A DNA stretch of 62,906 bases from an uncultured Pseudomonadota bacterium (GCA_949290295.1 CASERH010000009.1:1-62906), one strand, 5' to 3'. Counted from the first letter of the stretch, positions 29,732-39,958 are shown. Translations and numbers: made by a program. Notes: generated by a model not told the origin, from the letters alone.

Positions 29732-31117
29732 ATGTTTGAGACACTGACAGATAAGCTAACCGCTGTTTTTAATAAGATCACCTCACGCGGTGTTTTGAGT
29801 GAGGAAGATATTAATAACACCATGCGGGAGATTCGCATCGCTTTGTTGGAAGCTGATGTTGCTCTGCCGGTGGTAAAAGAGTTTATTGCCAAAGTAAAAG
29901 AGCAGGCCTTGGGCGAAAAAGTTGTTCGTTCCATTCAGCCGGGGCAGATGGTGGTCAAGATTGTCCACGATGAGCTGTTAAAGCTTTTGGGCGAGGGAGA
30001 CACATCTCTTAATTTTCAGGCAGTTCCTCCGGTATCAATATTGATGGTAGGTTTGCAGGGCTCAGGCAAGACCACGTCTTCTGCCAAGCTGGCCAAGAGA
30101 ATAAACGCCAAGACCGGCAAAAAAGTTTTGTTGGCCTCTTTGGACATATATCGTCCGGCGGCGCAAGAGCAGTTGGCTCAATTAGCTGAGCAAATCAAAG
30201 GTCATGCCTTGCCGATTATCGAAGGAGAAAAACCGGCCGCCACCACCCACCGAGCCATTGACTATGCCAAAAAAGGCGGTTTTGATGTCATTATATTGGA
30301 TTCGGCCGGGCGTTTGCACATAGACCAACAGCTGATGGACGAGGTGGTAGAGGTCAAGAAGATTGCCAACCCGACAGAGGTTTTGCTGGTGGCAGATGCC
30401 ATGATTGGGCAAGATGCCTGCAACGTTGCCAAAGAGTTCAAAGAGCAAGTCGGTGTAACCGGTTTGGTTTTAACGAGGATAGACGGCTCCTCTCGTGCGG
30501 GAGCGGCCTTATCCATGAAGATGATTGCCGGGGTTCCCATCAAATTTTTGGGTACCGGTGAGAAGTTAGACGAGTTTGAGGAGTTTCATGCAGACCGTCT
30601 GGCCGGGCGAATTTTGGGCCAGGGCGATGTTGTCTCGCTGGTGGAAAAAGCCATTGAGAACGTAGATCGCCAAGAGACCGAGAAATTAGCCGCGCAGATG
30701 ATGAAGGGGCGTTTTGACCTCAACATGATGTTGTCGCAACTGAAACAAGTTCAAAAATTGGGCTCGCTGGGAGGCATTATCGGAATGATTCCCGGTCTGT
30801 CCAAATTTAAGAATCAAATTGAAGCTGCCGGAGTTGGTGACAATTTGATTAAGAAGCAAGAGGCGATAATTCTTTCCATGACACCTATGGAGAGAAGAAA
30901 TCCCGATATTATCAAGGCATCTCGCAAGAAAAGAATTGCGAAAGGCTCCGGAGTAGAGGTTCATGAGGTAAACAAGCTGCTAAAATCATTTGAGCAGATG
31001 TCTACTTTGATGAAGAAGATGGGTCCCTTGGGCGGCATGTCCAAGTTGGCCATGTTAAAGAACTCTCCGTTTGGCTCCATGCTGGGCGGAGGCATGGGAA
31101 AATTCCCGTTTAAGTAA
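29732..31117 (+). CDS. ffh: signal recognition particle protein Ffh
   Basis: GLQGSGKTTSSAKLA, DSAGRL and TRIDGSSRAGAALS motifs, plus a Met-rich M domain. Confidence 0.95.
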   Translation: MFETLTDKLTAVFNKITSRGVLSEEDINNTMREIRIALLEADVALPVVKEFIAKVKEQALGEKVVRSIQPGQMVVKIVHDELLKLLGEGDTSLNFQAVPPVSILMVGLQGSGKTTSSAKLAKRINAKTGKKVLLASLDIYRPAAQEQLAQLAEQIKGHALPIIEGEKPAATTHRAIDYAKKGGFDVIILDSAGRLHIDQQLMDEVVEVKKIANPTEVLLVADAMIGQDACNVAKEFKEQVGVTGLVLTRIDGSSRAGAALSMKMIAGVPIKFLGTGEKLDEFEEFHADRLAGRILGQGDVVSLVEKAIENVDRQETEKLAAQMMKGRFDLNMMLSQLKQVQKLGSLGGIIGMIPGLSKFKNQIEAAGVGDNLIKKQEAIILSMTPMERRNPDIIKASRKKRIAKGSGVEVHEVNKLLKSFEQMSTLMKKMGPLGGMSKLAMLKNSPFGSMLGGGMGKFPFK

Positions 31118-31138
31118 ACTATATAGAAAGGAAAATAA

Positions 31139-31549
31139 ATGTCAGTACGTATCAGACTGTCTCGTGGTGGTTCTAAAAAGCGTCCGTTTTACAAGGTAGT
31201 TGCAGCCGATCAGCGCGCTCCTCGTGATGGCCGTTTTATTGAGAGATTGGGTTCTTACAATCCGATGCTTCCCAAAGACCATGCTGAGAGATTTGTAATC
31301 AACGAAGAGCGTGTAAAATATTGGCTTTCCAACGGTGCTGAGCCGACCGAGAGATTGCAGAAGATGTTGTCTTCTTTGGGTTTGGTTGCTGCCCCTGCTA
31401 AGCGTGAACAGCCCAAGAAATCTGCTCCCAAAGCCAAAGCTTTAGAGCGCATTAAGGAAAAAGAAGAGAAAGCTAAAGCTGCTGCTGAGGCTGCCGCCGC
31501 TGCTGCTGCCGAGGCTGCTGCTCCTGCAGAAGAAGCTTCTGCTGAGTAA
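31139..31549 (+). CDS. rpsP: 30S ribosomal protein S16 with Ala/Lys/Glu-rich C-terminal extension
   Basis: [24 protein letters not shown]...; the ~50-aa tail reads [19 protein letters not shown]. Confidence 0.93.
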   Translation: MSVRIRLSRGGSKKRPFYKVVAADQRAPRDGRFIERLGSYNPMLPKDHAERFVINEERVKYWLSNGAEPTERLQKMLSSLGLVAAPAKREQPKKSAPKAKALERIKEKEEKAKAAAEAAAAAAAEAAAPAEEASAE

Positions 31550-31590
31550 CAAATTTTTAAGTTACCTGCCGTTTTGAGAGGGAATTAAGA

Positions 31591-32121
31591 ATGAGCACAC
31601 CAGCAAAAATTTGTTTAGGCGCCATAGTTGGGGTTCACGGCATCAGAGGCGAGGTCAAAGTCAAAAGCTTTACCGCCGAAGAGAAAGGCCTCACGCAATA
31701 TGGCCCGCTGACGGACCAAACCGGCGGCCGCAAATTTGAGCTGAAGATTGTGGGCCACTCCAAAGATTTGCTGAGGGTAAAGGTCAAAGGCGTTGAAGAC
31801 CGCACCACGGCCGAGGGATTAATCGGCACCGGGTTGTATATTGAGCGCAATCTTTTGCCTGAGCTGGAGGAGGAAGAGTTCTACCACTCAGACTTGATTG
31901 GTCTGATGGCCTTGAGCGAGAGCGGTGAAAAAGTTGGTGTTGTAAATGCAATATACAACTTTGGTGCCGGCGATATCATAGAGCTCAAGACACAAGAAAA
32001 TCGCTTAGAGATGCTTCCCTTTACCAAGGCCTATGTGCCAACCGTAAACCTCAAAGACGGGTTTATTATTGTAAAGATGATGCAGTATTCTTCCGTGGAT
32101 GAAGAGGATGCTGAAAGTTAA
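31591..32121 (+). CDS. rimM: 16S rRNA processing protein RimM
   Basis: [19 protein letters not shown]...EFYHSDLIG motifs, within the conserved ffh-rpsP-rimM-trmD-rplS order. Confidence 0.9.
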   Translation: MSTPAKICLGAIVGVHGIRGEVKVKSFTAEEKGLTQYGPLTDQTGGRKFELKIVGHSKDLLRVKVKGVEDRTTAEGLIGTGLYIERNLLPELEEEEFYHSDLIGLMALSESGEKVGVVNAIYNFGAGDIIELKTQENRLEMLPFTKAYVPTVNLKDGFIIVKMMQYSSVDEEDAES

Positions 32122-32800
32122 GGTTCTGACCATATTTCCGGAGCTTTTCCCCGGTTTTTTGGGCCATTCCCTAACCGGCAAGGCCTATGCTGAGGGCAAA
32201 TGGAGCTTGGAGGCTGTCAACATTAGGGATTTTGCTTTTGATAAGCATGGTTCCGTGGATGATACGCCGATGGGCGGTGGTGCCGGAATGGTTATGCGCC
32301 CGGATGTTTTGGGCGCGGCTTTGGAGAAGCACTACACGGGCGGTCGCCTGTTGAACATGAGCCCCCGAGGCAAGCCCTTAACTCAGCAACTGGTAAGGGA
32401 ACTGGCACAAGAGCAAGAGCTGACCATTATTTGCAGCCGGTTTGAGGGAATAGACGAGAGAGTATTAGAGGCCTATGGGGCAGAAGATATCTCAATCGGG
32501 GACTATGTCTTAACCGGGGGAGAGCAGGCAGCAGAGATTATGCTAGATGCCGTCATCCGCTTGCTGCCGGGGGTCTTGGGTAATGAGGATTCCGCCAAAG
32601 AAGAGAGTTTTGAGAACTACCTTCTGGAATATCCGCAATATACCAAGCCGAGCAATTGGCAAGGAAGAAACGTTCCTGAGGTATTATTGAGCGGGCATCA
32701 TCAAAAGATAAAAGATTGGCGCTTAGCGCAATCAAAACAGGTAACAGAGGCCAGACGGCCTGATTTGTGGAAAAAATATCTTGATTCTGAAAAGAATTAG
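32099..32800 (+). CDS. trmD: tRNA (guanine37-N1)-methyltransferase TrmD
   Basis: [13 protein letters not shown]...[13 protein letters not shown]...[11 protein letters not shown]...GDYVLTGGE. The start is either 32099 or 32108 (the MLKVKV alternative). Confidence 0.93.
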   Translation: MKRMLKVKVLTIFPELFPGFLGHSLTGKAYAEGKWSLEAVNIRDFAFDKHGSVDDTPMGGGAGMVMRPDVLGAALEKHYTGGRLLNMSPRGKPLTQQLVRELAQEQELTIICSRFEGIDERVLEAYGAEDISIGDYVLTGGEQAAEIMLDAVIRLLPGVLGNEDSAKEESFENYLLEYPQYTKPSNWQGRNVPEVLLSGHHQKIKDWRLAQSKQVTEARRPDLWKKYLDSEKN

Positions 32801-32840
32801 GTGTACAAGCAAACCAAATACTTACAAAAGGGTAAAAGTG

Positions 32841-33245
32841 ATGAACATTATTGAAAACATTGAAAAAGAGCAGATGTCAAAGCTGATGGAAGGCAAAAAT
32901 CTGCCTGACTTCAAACCGGGTGACACCTTGAAGGTTCACACCAAAGTAAAAGAGGGTGACCGTGAGCGTATCCAGGTTTACGAGGGCGTTTGCATTGCTC
33001 GCAAAAACGATGGCTTGAATTCTTCATTCACCGTTCGTAAAATTTCATTTGGCGAGGGTGTAGAGCGTGTATTCCCGCTTTATTCTCCGAATGTAGCCAA
33101 GATTGAGGTATCTCGTATTGGTAAGATCCGCCGTGCAAAATTGTATTTCTTGCGTGCATTGCGTGGTCGTTCGGCTCGTATTGCAGATGACTTGTCTGCC
33201 ACAGCCAAAGCCAAAGACGAAACTCAAGCCGAAGAAAGCAAATAA
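32841..33245 (+). CDS. rplS: 50S ribosomal protein L19
   Basis: The internal ATG at 32841 gives [12 protein letters not shown]...[10 protein letters not shown]...[11 protein letters not shown]...[21 protein letters not shown]; 134 aa. Confidence 0.93.
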   Translation: MNIIENIEKEQMSKLMEGKNLPDFKPGDTLKVHTKVKEGDRERIQVYEGVCIARKNDGLNSSFTVRKISFGEGVERVFPLYSPNVAKIEVSRIGKIRRAKLYFLRALRGRSARIADDLSATAKAKDETQAEESK

Positions 33246-33264
33246 TTTAAGGCTTTGCGTAAAG

Positions 33265-33296
33265 AAAAAACCGCTCATATATGAGCGGTTTTTTTG
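33265..33296 (+). terminator. rho-independent terminator after rplS
   Basis: AAAAAACCGCTCAT-at-ATGAGCGGTTTTTTT. Confidence 0.88.
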
Positions 33297-33350
33297 TGCG
33301 TTAAAGATAGAATAATTTTAATTGTAATTTAAGCAAAATGTTTTAATATT

Positions 33351-33526
33351 GGCTCTGCGGGTGCGAGTTGCGCCAGCGGAGTGTCAGAGCTCCTTAACAC
33401 AAAAAACTACTCCTCTTTTGGGGAGCTGCCGATATAAGCGTGTGTATGCGTCGAATAAGGCAGACTGTTGTGTTACAGTTCTGAACTCCCCGCCTTTTTT
33501 TACCAAAAAGGCGGTTTTGTTTTAGG
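33351..33526 (+). ncRNA. candidate structured small RNA (~170 nt), class unassigned
   Basis: A TTGTAA-16-TAATAT promoter-like site sits at 33322-33349. A long-range helix (33378-33388 with 33480-33489) encloses three hairpins (33389-33426, 33427-33462, 33464-33479). A strong terminator follows: CCGCCUUUUU-loop-AAAAAGGCGG plus a U-run (33490-33524). There is no ORF longer than 12 codons. Confidence 0.45.
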
Positions 33527-33549
33527 TAACAAAATAAAGGAGTTTCAAG

Positions 33550-33783
33550 ATGAGAAATAAGGAAATAAAAGAGTTAATACGTCTGCAGGGTAGCCTTGCC
33601 CAGCAGCTCCACCAGATACGCAGCTCCAAGCAGCTGAGCATGGAAAGGGTCTGTGCCGAAACCGGTGTCCCGATGTATATTTTAGATAATTTGGAGCTAG
33701 GCCGCGGCGGCATAAATATGGGCGCAGTCTATACCCTGGCCAAATACTACGGCAAGAAAGTCAAGATTTTGTTGCAGGATTAG
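33550..33783 (+). CDS. XRE-family helix-turn-helix protein
   Basis: 77 aa with an SD (AAGGAG) 7 nt upstream. QLSMERVCAETGVPMYILDNLELGR is a typical HTH_3 pattern. Confidence 0.65.
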   Translation: MRNKEIKELIRLQGSLAQQLHQIRSSKQLSMERVCAETGVPMYILDNLELGRGGINMGAVYTLAKYYGKKVKILLQD

Positions 33784-33788
33784 GAAAG

Positions 33789-33818
33789 AAAAAGCCGCTT
33801 AATGTAAGCGGCTTTTTT
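33789..33818. terminator. bidirectional terminator between the XRE gene and hisS
   Basis: AAAAAGCCGCTT-aatgt-AAGCGGCTTTTTT. Confidence 0.85.
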
Positions 33819-33823
33819 CAAGA

Positions 33824-35125
33824 TTATTTCACCAGTTTGATGAGTTCTTCCAAAGTAACTCTCGATTGCTCGCCGGTTGTCATGTTTTTGAGGGTGTAGT
33901 TGTTGTTGGCAGCCTCATCCTCACCAATAATGATAAGGTAAGGAATTTTGATTTTGTTGGCGTATTCCATTTTTTTCTTAAACTTGCAATCTCTGAGCAT
34001 CACATCAGCCGGGATATCGTTTTGTCTGAGCTGGCCAATGAGGTGAATGGCCTTGTCCGCAAATTCGGGGCTTTGAGTGATAACCAAAGCTTTGTTGGGG
34101 GTCAGCCCGCCAAATTTCAGCAAATTGTTATCACGCAACTGGTCAAACAAACGTGTGAGGCCGATAGATATGCCAACACCAGGGAATTTCTTGTCCATAA
34201 ACACGCTTGAGAGGTTATCATAACGGCCGCCGGAGCATACCGAACCAAATTGCGGATAATCATCAAAAAATGTCTCATAAACCGTGCCCGTGTAGTAATC
34301 AAGCCCGCGGGTAATACTCAAATCAATTTGAATATTGTCCGAGTTAATTCCGAGGTTTTGCGCCTGAGAAATAACGGTTTTGAGCTCCTCAAGCCCGTTT
34401 TGGAAATTCTCATTGGAGATGTTTAAATCTTCAAGTTTTGCAATAATTTCTTGGTTTGACCCATTGATTTTTATGAAATTTAAGAGTTCTTTGTTTTTCT
34501 CTTCCGGCAACCCCATGTCACCAAGCTCACCCAAAAATGCGGCCTCGGGAATTTTTTTGATTTTATCAACAAGGCGCAAAACATCGACTGTTTTGTCGGC
34601 AATTTCCAAACTCTCCAAAAAGCCGGATAAGATTTTGCGGTTGTTGATGTAGATTTTGAAAGCTGGCAGCTCCAGTTTGTTGAAAACAGTATAGATTACT
34701 GCCAGAACCTCGGCATCATAGACAATGCTCAATTCATCGCGGTCAATGATGTCGATATCGCATTGATAAAATTCTCTGAACCGACCTTTTTGCGGGCGCT
34801 CTCCGCGATAAACTTTACCGATTTGATAACGCTTGAACGGAAAGGTGAGGTTGTTGTGATAAAGAGCCACATATTTGGCCAAAGGCACGGTCAAATCAAA
34901 CCGCATGGCCAAGTGGTTGTCGCCTTTTTGAAATTCATAAATTTGTTTTTCGGTATCGCCGCCTGATTTTGAGAGCAAAACATCAGCCAGTTCCAAAACA
35001 GGTGTATCAATCGGGGCAAAGCCAAAAAGCTCATAAGTATGGGCAATGACGGCCTTCATTTTATTCATCACAATCTGCTCTTCGGGCAGAAGTTCCATAA
35101 AACCTTGTAAAGTACGCACCGTCAT
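33824..35125 (-). CDS. hisS: histidine--tRNA ligase
   Basis: Class II motifs: KQIYEFQKGD...MRFDLTVP, FKRYQIGKVYRGERPQKGRFREFYQCD and GGRYDNL, with a C-terminal anticodon-binding domain. ATG at 35125. Confidence 0.9.
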   Translation of the reverse strand: MTVRTLQGFMELLPEEQIVMNKMKAVIAHTYELFGFAPIDTPVLELADVLLSKSGGDTEKQIYEFQKGDNHLAMRFDLTVPLAKYVALYHNNLTFPFKRYQIGKVYRGERPQKGRFREFYQCDIDIIDRDELSIVYDAEVLAVIYTVFNKLELPAFKIYINNRKILSGFLESLEIADKTVDVLRLVDKIKKIPEAAFLGELGDMGLPEEKNKELLNFIKINGSNQEIIAKLEDLNISNENFQNGLEELKTVISQAQNLGINSDNIQIDLSITRGLDYYTGTVYETFFDDYPQFGSVCSGGRYDNLSSVFMDKKFPGVGISIGLTRLFDQLRDNNLLKFGGLTPNKALVITQSPEFADKAIHLIGQLRQNDIPADVMLRDCKFKKKMEYANKIKIPYLIIIGEDEAANNNYTLKNMTTGEQSRVTLEELIKLVK

Positions 35126-35350
35126 TTTCTTATTCCTTTTTTGTATAATTAAAACTAAGCTTTCATTTAGCCTTAAAAAAGAAGTGTTGTCAAGCAAGTA
35201 GTGAGCAAAAGAAGGTATGTCAGTAAGTTATAAAACAGATTGAAATCAATAAATAAATATAGTATACAACAGATGAGATGCCAGAGGAAGAAAATTTAGC
35301 TATCCAGTTACTGTCACTAAAAAATCACCCACAAAAGTAAAAGATTATCA

Positions 35351-36391
35351 ATGAAAGAGACTCCCCTAATATCAATCATCGTTCCCGTTTACAACAGCAA
35401 CAACTCTTTACCCAAGTGCTTAGATAGTCTTTTGCAACAGACATTGCAAGATATTGAGGTCATAGCCTTAGATGATGCTTCAACGGACGGAAGTTTAGAT
35501 CTTTTACAGAAATATGCCGCTTCAGATGAAAGAGTAAAGGTGTTTTCCGATGGGAATAATTTAGGACCGGGTCGGCGTCGCAACCAAGGTATTTCCCAAG
35601 CACGAGGAAAATATATCATGATGGTAGACAGTGACGATTGGCTAGAACAAGATGCTTGTCGCCAGTTAGCAGAAAAGGTAAAAGAAGTAGATTATGATGC
35701 CGTCAGCTTTAATGCATATATTGATTATCAAGATAAAAGCATAGAGAATAATTACTATCAAATAAAACAAGAATTTTGTGGAACTTGGAGAGATGTATCT
35801 TCTCTTATATTCAAAACTCCATTTCATTCCTGCCATTGGTTATATAAGCGTTCTTTTTTAGAAAAAAGCAAGGTAGCGTATTCAGAATGTTCTTTTTTAG
35901 AGGATGCTCCGTTTGTCTTGTCTGTTCTTATGAAAGCTGACAACATTTTATTTTATCCTCAGAATTTATATCATTATGTCCAAAATGATGAAAGTATCGT
36001 TCACAAACAATCAGATAAATTCATGAGCATATTTGATGTGGTGACGGCAATAGATGCAATATTGGCGCAGGCAGGACAAAAAGAAGCATTTAAAACCCAA
36101 CTTCAAAAATGGATAGAACGTCACATAAATTTTTGTTCAAACCAGTTGAGTTTTTGTCTGCGCCCCATATTCTTGCAGAGACTCAAAAAAGAAGGATTTC
36201 CATATTCTCCAAAGAAATTATTTCTGAGCAAAAAAATAAAGTGGTTGGGAATAAGGATATATCGCCCAGATGAAAAAAGTTTTTACTGTTGTTTTTGCCG
36301 AATAAAAATCATTTCCGGAGAGATGAGAGCCAAGAGCATAAAGATTCGTTTTCTGGGGTTCCCAATCTTAAAAATCACCAAAACGGAATAA
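35351..36391 (+). CDS. family-2 glycosyltransferase
   Basis: ISIIVPVYNS...LDDASTDGS...MVDSDDW motifs (GT-A fold, DxD). Confidence 0.85.
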   Translation: MKETPLISIIVPVYNSNNSLPKCLDSLLQQTLQDIEVIALDDASTDGSLDLLQKYAASDERVKVFSDGNNLGPGRRRNQGISQARGKYIMMVDSDDWLEQDACRQLAEKVKEVDYDAVSFNAYIDYQDKSIENNYYQIKQEFCGTWRDVSSLIFKTPFHSCHWLYKRSFLEKSKVAYSECSFLEDAPFVLSVLMKADNILFYPQNLYHYVQNDESIVHKQSDKFMSIFDVVTAIDAILAQAGQKEAFKTQLQKWIERHINFCSNQLSFCLRPIFLQRLKKEGFPYSPKKLFLSKKIKWLGIRIYRPDEKSFYCCFCRIKIISGEMRAKSIKIRFLGFPILKITKTE

Positions 36392-36487
36392 AAGGCTGTT
36401 ACTTTATTGCTAAAATAGTTGTAATTCTTGTTTTTAAAATGCTATTATCAAAGGCAAAGAAGATAATTTTTATTTTAGAGGTAAGAA

Positions 36488-37486
36488 ATGCAAAAAGTTG
36501 CAATTATTGGTGTTGAGGAAGGCGTTGGCCGCGAAGTTTTAAATTTGTTGGCAGAACAAGGCATAAAACCCAAAGATGTGGTGGCATTGGAGCCGCGCTC
36601 AGCTCTGGGCAATATGGTCTCCTATGGTGAAGATGACGAGCTAGATGTCTTAAGCCTGGACGGATTTGATTTCTCAAAGGTAAAGTTAGCTGTTTTTGCC
36701 ACTTCGGCAGAAGTTGCCAAGAAGTATATTCCTCATGCCCTCAAAGCCGGAGTAAAGGTCGTTGATGCCTCCGGTGCTTCAAGCGAGAGCGGCAAAGCAC
36801 CGATGATTGTCTGCGGTATCAATGAAGATAAGCTGCAAGAAGACCAAAATTTGGTATCTGTGCCGACCTCTGAGGTTTGCCAAATGTTATTGCCGCTGCA
36901 AGCCATACACAAAGATAATAAAATCAAACGGATAGTCGTTTCCACATACAGTTCAACCTCTGTATATGGTCGCCCTGCCATGGACGAGCTTTTTAACCAA
37001 ACCCGCAAGATTTTCATGAATGATACCTTGGTTGACGACCAAGCTGTTTTCCATAAACAAATTGCCTTTAACGTTATTCCGCATATGGGCGACTTTATCG
37101 GGGAAGAGACCTCCAGCGAGTGGAGCTTCAATACCGAGACCAAGCAAGTTTTGGGAGGAGATGTAAAAGTCCATGCCAATTGCGCCATTATTCCGGCCTT
37201 TATCGGCTCTGCGCAATATGTTAATGTTGAATGTGCAAAAGATATTGATGTTTCAAAAGTAAGAGAGCAGATGAAGAAGATTAAAGGCGTTATCGTGTTT
37301 GACAAGCAGGTTGATGGCGGCTATGTCACCTTGCACGATGTCCAGGGAGAAGATGACATCTATGTCAGCCGTTTGCGCCAAGATGTAAGTGTTGAAAACG
37401 GCATCAGTTTTTGGTGTGTGGCAGATAACCAAAGAGCTGCCGGAGCCAAAAATATCATGAATATATTGCACTTGTTGGCCAAATAA
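36488..37486 (+). CDS. aspartate-semialdehyde dehydrogenase-family protein with substituted catalytic residues (possible pseudoenzyme)
   Basis: Overall ASD architecture and motifs are retained (KQIAFNVIPH, VSRLRQD, VADN). However IANPNC reads SVPTSE, STYQxVSG reads STYSSTSV, CVRVPVxxGHS reads CAIIPAFIGSA, and GATGxVG reads GVEEGVG. Confidence 0.7.
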   Translation: MQKVAIIGVEEGVGREVLNLLAEQGIKPKDVVALEPRSALGNMVSYGEDDELDVLSLDGFDFSKVKLAVFATSAEVAKKYIPHALKAGVKVVDASGASSESGKAPMIVCGINEDKLQEDQNLVSVPTSEVCQMLLPLQAIHKDNKIKRIVVSTYSSTSVYGRPAMDELFNQTRKIFMNDTLVDDQAVFHKQIAFNVIPHMGDFIGEETSSEWSFNTETKQVLGGDVKVHANCAIIPAFIGSAQYVNVECAKDIDVSKVREQMKKIKGVIVFDKQVDGGYVTLHDVQGEDDIYVSRLRQDVSVENGISFWCVADNQRAAGAKNIMNILHLLAK

Positions 37487-37504
37487 CCCTAACCGGAGCA
37501 CCAT

Positions 37505-39958
37505 ATGAAAAAAATCGGACAATTAATATTTGCAGTGCTTTTGCTAACCGGCCTGTTTGGCGGTGAGGTTTGGGCACAAGCCGCAGTCAATGAAATTGGC
37601 GAGAACCTGAAATATAGCGAAATCAGCGCCAAACTAAACAAGATAGATTCCCAGCTTAAAAAGGAAAATATCACGTCTGAAGCTTTAAGCGAAGATGTTG
37701 AATATCTTCGCAATTTACGTATGCAGCTGGAAAACAGCAAAAAAGAAATTGAGGGCGATATCAAGTTTGTAGAAAAGAAAGTTGAAGCCTTAGGAGAGGC
37801 TCCCGCCGATGGTAATGAGGTTAGGATTATTGCCCAAAAACGCAAAGAGTTTCAACAAGACTTAGCCGAGGAGCGAGCCCGTTTATCAGAGGCAGAATTG
37901 TTGCTGACAAGGATAGATGAAATTGATTTGGCCATTTTTAATTTGCGCAATCAAGAGCTTTGGGGAAATCTACTGATTTCAAGCGAGCCGTTAATATATC
38001 CATCAACATTTGCCAGCTCTGGTAAAATGTTTTTGGGATTGATAGCTGATATTGTGGAATCCCCTGTTCCCTGGTATGAAAAGCTGAGTGAGGAAAACAA
38101 GGCAAAATTGCAATCTAATCTGCTGCCGGTTCTATTGGTGGTAATATTTATTAGTTTCATCGGTTGGTGGTTGAGACGTTTTATCTTGCGTAGTGTTGGT
38201 TACCGATCAGAAATTGAGCATCCGAGGTTTGGCCGCAAGATTTTTGCCGCCGTCATGGTTTGGATTGCCTATGGTGTTATTCCCACCTCAATCATTGGCT
38301 TTCTATTGGTATGGATTATCCATGGAAAAATCTTAGCCACCGGCTTTTTAGGCCTGGTGTTGAGTAGCCTTTTATACTACTCTCTTTATGTCATTATGTG
38401 CAATGCCATTTGTCGAGTAATTTTCACACCGTATAATGAGCGTTGGCGTTTAATAAATATTCCAACCGACAGAGCCAAAAGGGTCGTCTCAGCACTGTAT
38501 ATATCCGTCACATTAGTTGGAACAATGGCTTTCTTGCGCCACATTGTTAGTGTCCATAATTATCCAATAGAATTACTTACATTCCTAATAGCGGCCTCTG
38601 CGACCATCAAAGCCTTCTGCATGGTCTGGATTTTGCACCGTTTGTTGTGGGAAAACCACCCGGTTCCGAGTGATGCTGAACTCTCAGAGATGGAAGAAGA
38701 TGATGAGGCCGAAGATGAGACGGAAGATGCCGATACCTTTGTTGTAAAGGTAACGCTGTTTTCAATGCTTGCTGCTTTAGGTATTTTGGGGCTTTCTGTT
38801 CTGGGCTATCCTTACTTGGCGCTGTTTATTACCGACAGAATAGTTCTTTCGGTGGTATTGATTTGTGTTTTTATGGGACTGCGCAAAGTCATTCACGAGG
38901 TATTGCACCGAGTATTGTTCCTCAAATTTTGGTTTAAGACATTTCGCATGCGTCGGCGGGTTATTCGCAAGCTTGATTTCTGGTCAAGTTTCTTGATTGA
39001 TCCGGCCTTGGCTTTGAGCGGCTTTTTTATCTTCTTGGCTCTGTGGGGTGTTCCATCAGATGTCCTAAAGGGAATTATTTATAAACTCCTCACCGGATTT
39101 ACGGTAGGAGATATCAGAATATCACTTCTCTCAATCATCTTGGGCATAGTGGTATTTCTGGTCTTGATAGCCATTGTTAAATCGCTCCGCCAAAAGATAG
39201 AAAACGGGCTATTGGCGCGAATGGAAATAGAGGAGGGCACGCGCCACTCGCTGGCGGCAGGCTTCTCATCCATCGGTTACGTGGCCTCGGCCTTAATTGC
39301 CATAGTGATTATGGGCGGAAACTTAACCAGCTTGGCATTGGTTGCCGGTGCTCTTTCCGTTGGTATTGGTCTTGGCTTGCAAAATGTGGTTAACAACTTT
39401 GTGTCTGGCATCATTTTGTTGTTTGAGCGTCCGATAAAAGTTGGTGACTGGGTTATAATCAATGGTGAGGAAGGTCGGGTTAAGCAGATTAATATTCGCT
39501 CCACCGAGATAGAAACATTCCGCCGCTCCAGCTTAATCATCCCCAATGCTGATTTGCTTTCCAACACGGTCACCAACCTAACGCACGGAAACAACTGGTC
39601 CAGACAATCCGTGAGTGTTGGCGTGGCATATGGAACAGATACGGAAAAGGTCAGAGATATCTTGTTGGAGTGCGCCGCAAATCATAAGAGGGTTTTGCGC
39701 AAGCCGGAGCCATATGTTTTGTTCAAGGATTTTGGCGCCAGCAGCTTGGATTTTGAGCTCAGATGTTATACCAGCGATATTTGGAGCGGCTGGACCATTC
39801 CGAGTGACTTGCGCTATGAAATAAACAAACGCTTTGCCGAGGAGGGAATAGAGATTCCGTTCAATCAGCTGGTGGTTCACAGCGGCAGCTCTGTAGCCCA
39901 AGAGACAGAGAGTATGTTCTATGCCTCCAAAAAGAAAGGAAAAAAGAATGCTGATTAA
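37505..39958 (+). CDS. MscS-family mechanosensitive channel with a long N-terminal periplasmic/multi-TM extension (MscK/MscM-like)
   Basis: 817 aa with a signal peptide, an N-terminal coiled coil and ~10 TM segments. The C-terminal MscS core contains LQNVVNNFVSGIILLFERPIKVGDWV. Confidence 0.85.
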   Translation: MKKIGQLIFAVLLLTGLFGGEVWAQAAVNEIGENLKYSEISAKLNKIDSQLKKENITSEALSEDVEYLRNLRMQLENSKKEIEGDIKFVEKKVEALGEAPADGNEVRIIAQKRKEFQQDLAEERARLSEAELLLTRIDEIDLAIFNLRNQELWGNLLISSEPLIYPSTFASSGKMFLGLIADIVESPVPWYEKLSEENKAKLQSNLLPVLLVVIFISFIGWWLRRFILRSVGYRSEIEHPRFGRKIFAAVMVWIAYGVIPTSIIGFLLVWIIHGKILATGFLGLVLSSLLYYSLYVIMCNAICRVIFTPYNERWRLINIPTDRAKRVVSALYISVTLVGTMAFLRHIVSVHNYPIELLTFLIAASATIKAFCMVWILHRLLWENHPVPSDAELSEMEEDDEAEDETEDADTFVVKVTLFSMLAALGILGLSVLGYPYLALFITDRIVLSVVLICVFMGLRKVIHEVLHRVLFLKFWFKTFRMRRRVIRKLDFWSSFLIDPALALSGFFIFLALWGVPSDVLKGIIYKLLTGFTVGDIRISLLSIILGIVVFLVLIAIVKSLRQKIENGLLARMEIEEGTRHSLAAGFSSIGYVASALIAIVIMGGNLTSLALVAGALSVGIGLGLQNVVNNFVSGIILLFERPIKVGDWVIINGEEGRVKQINIRSTEIETFRRSSLIIPNADLLSNTVTNLTHGNNWSRQSVSVGVAYGTDTEKVRDILLECAANHKRVLRKPEPYVLFKDFGASSLDFELRCYTSDIWSGWTIPSDLRYEINKRFAEEGIEIPFNQLVVHSGSSVAQETESMFYASKKKGKKNAD

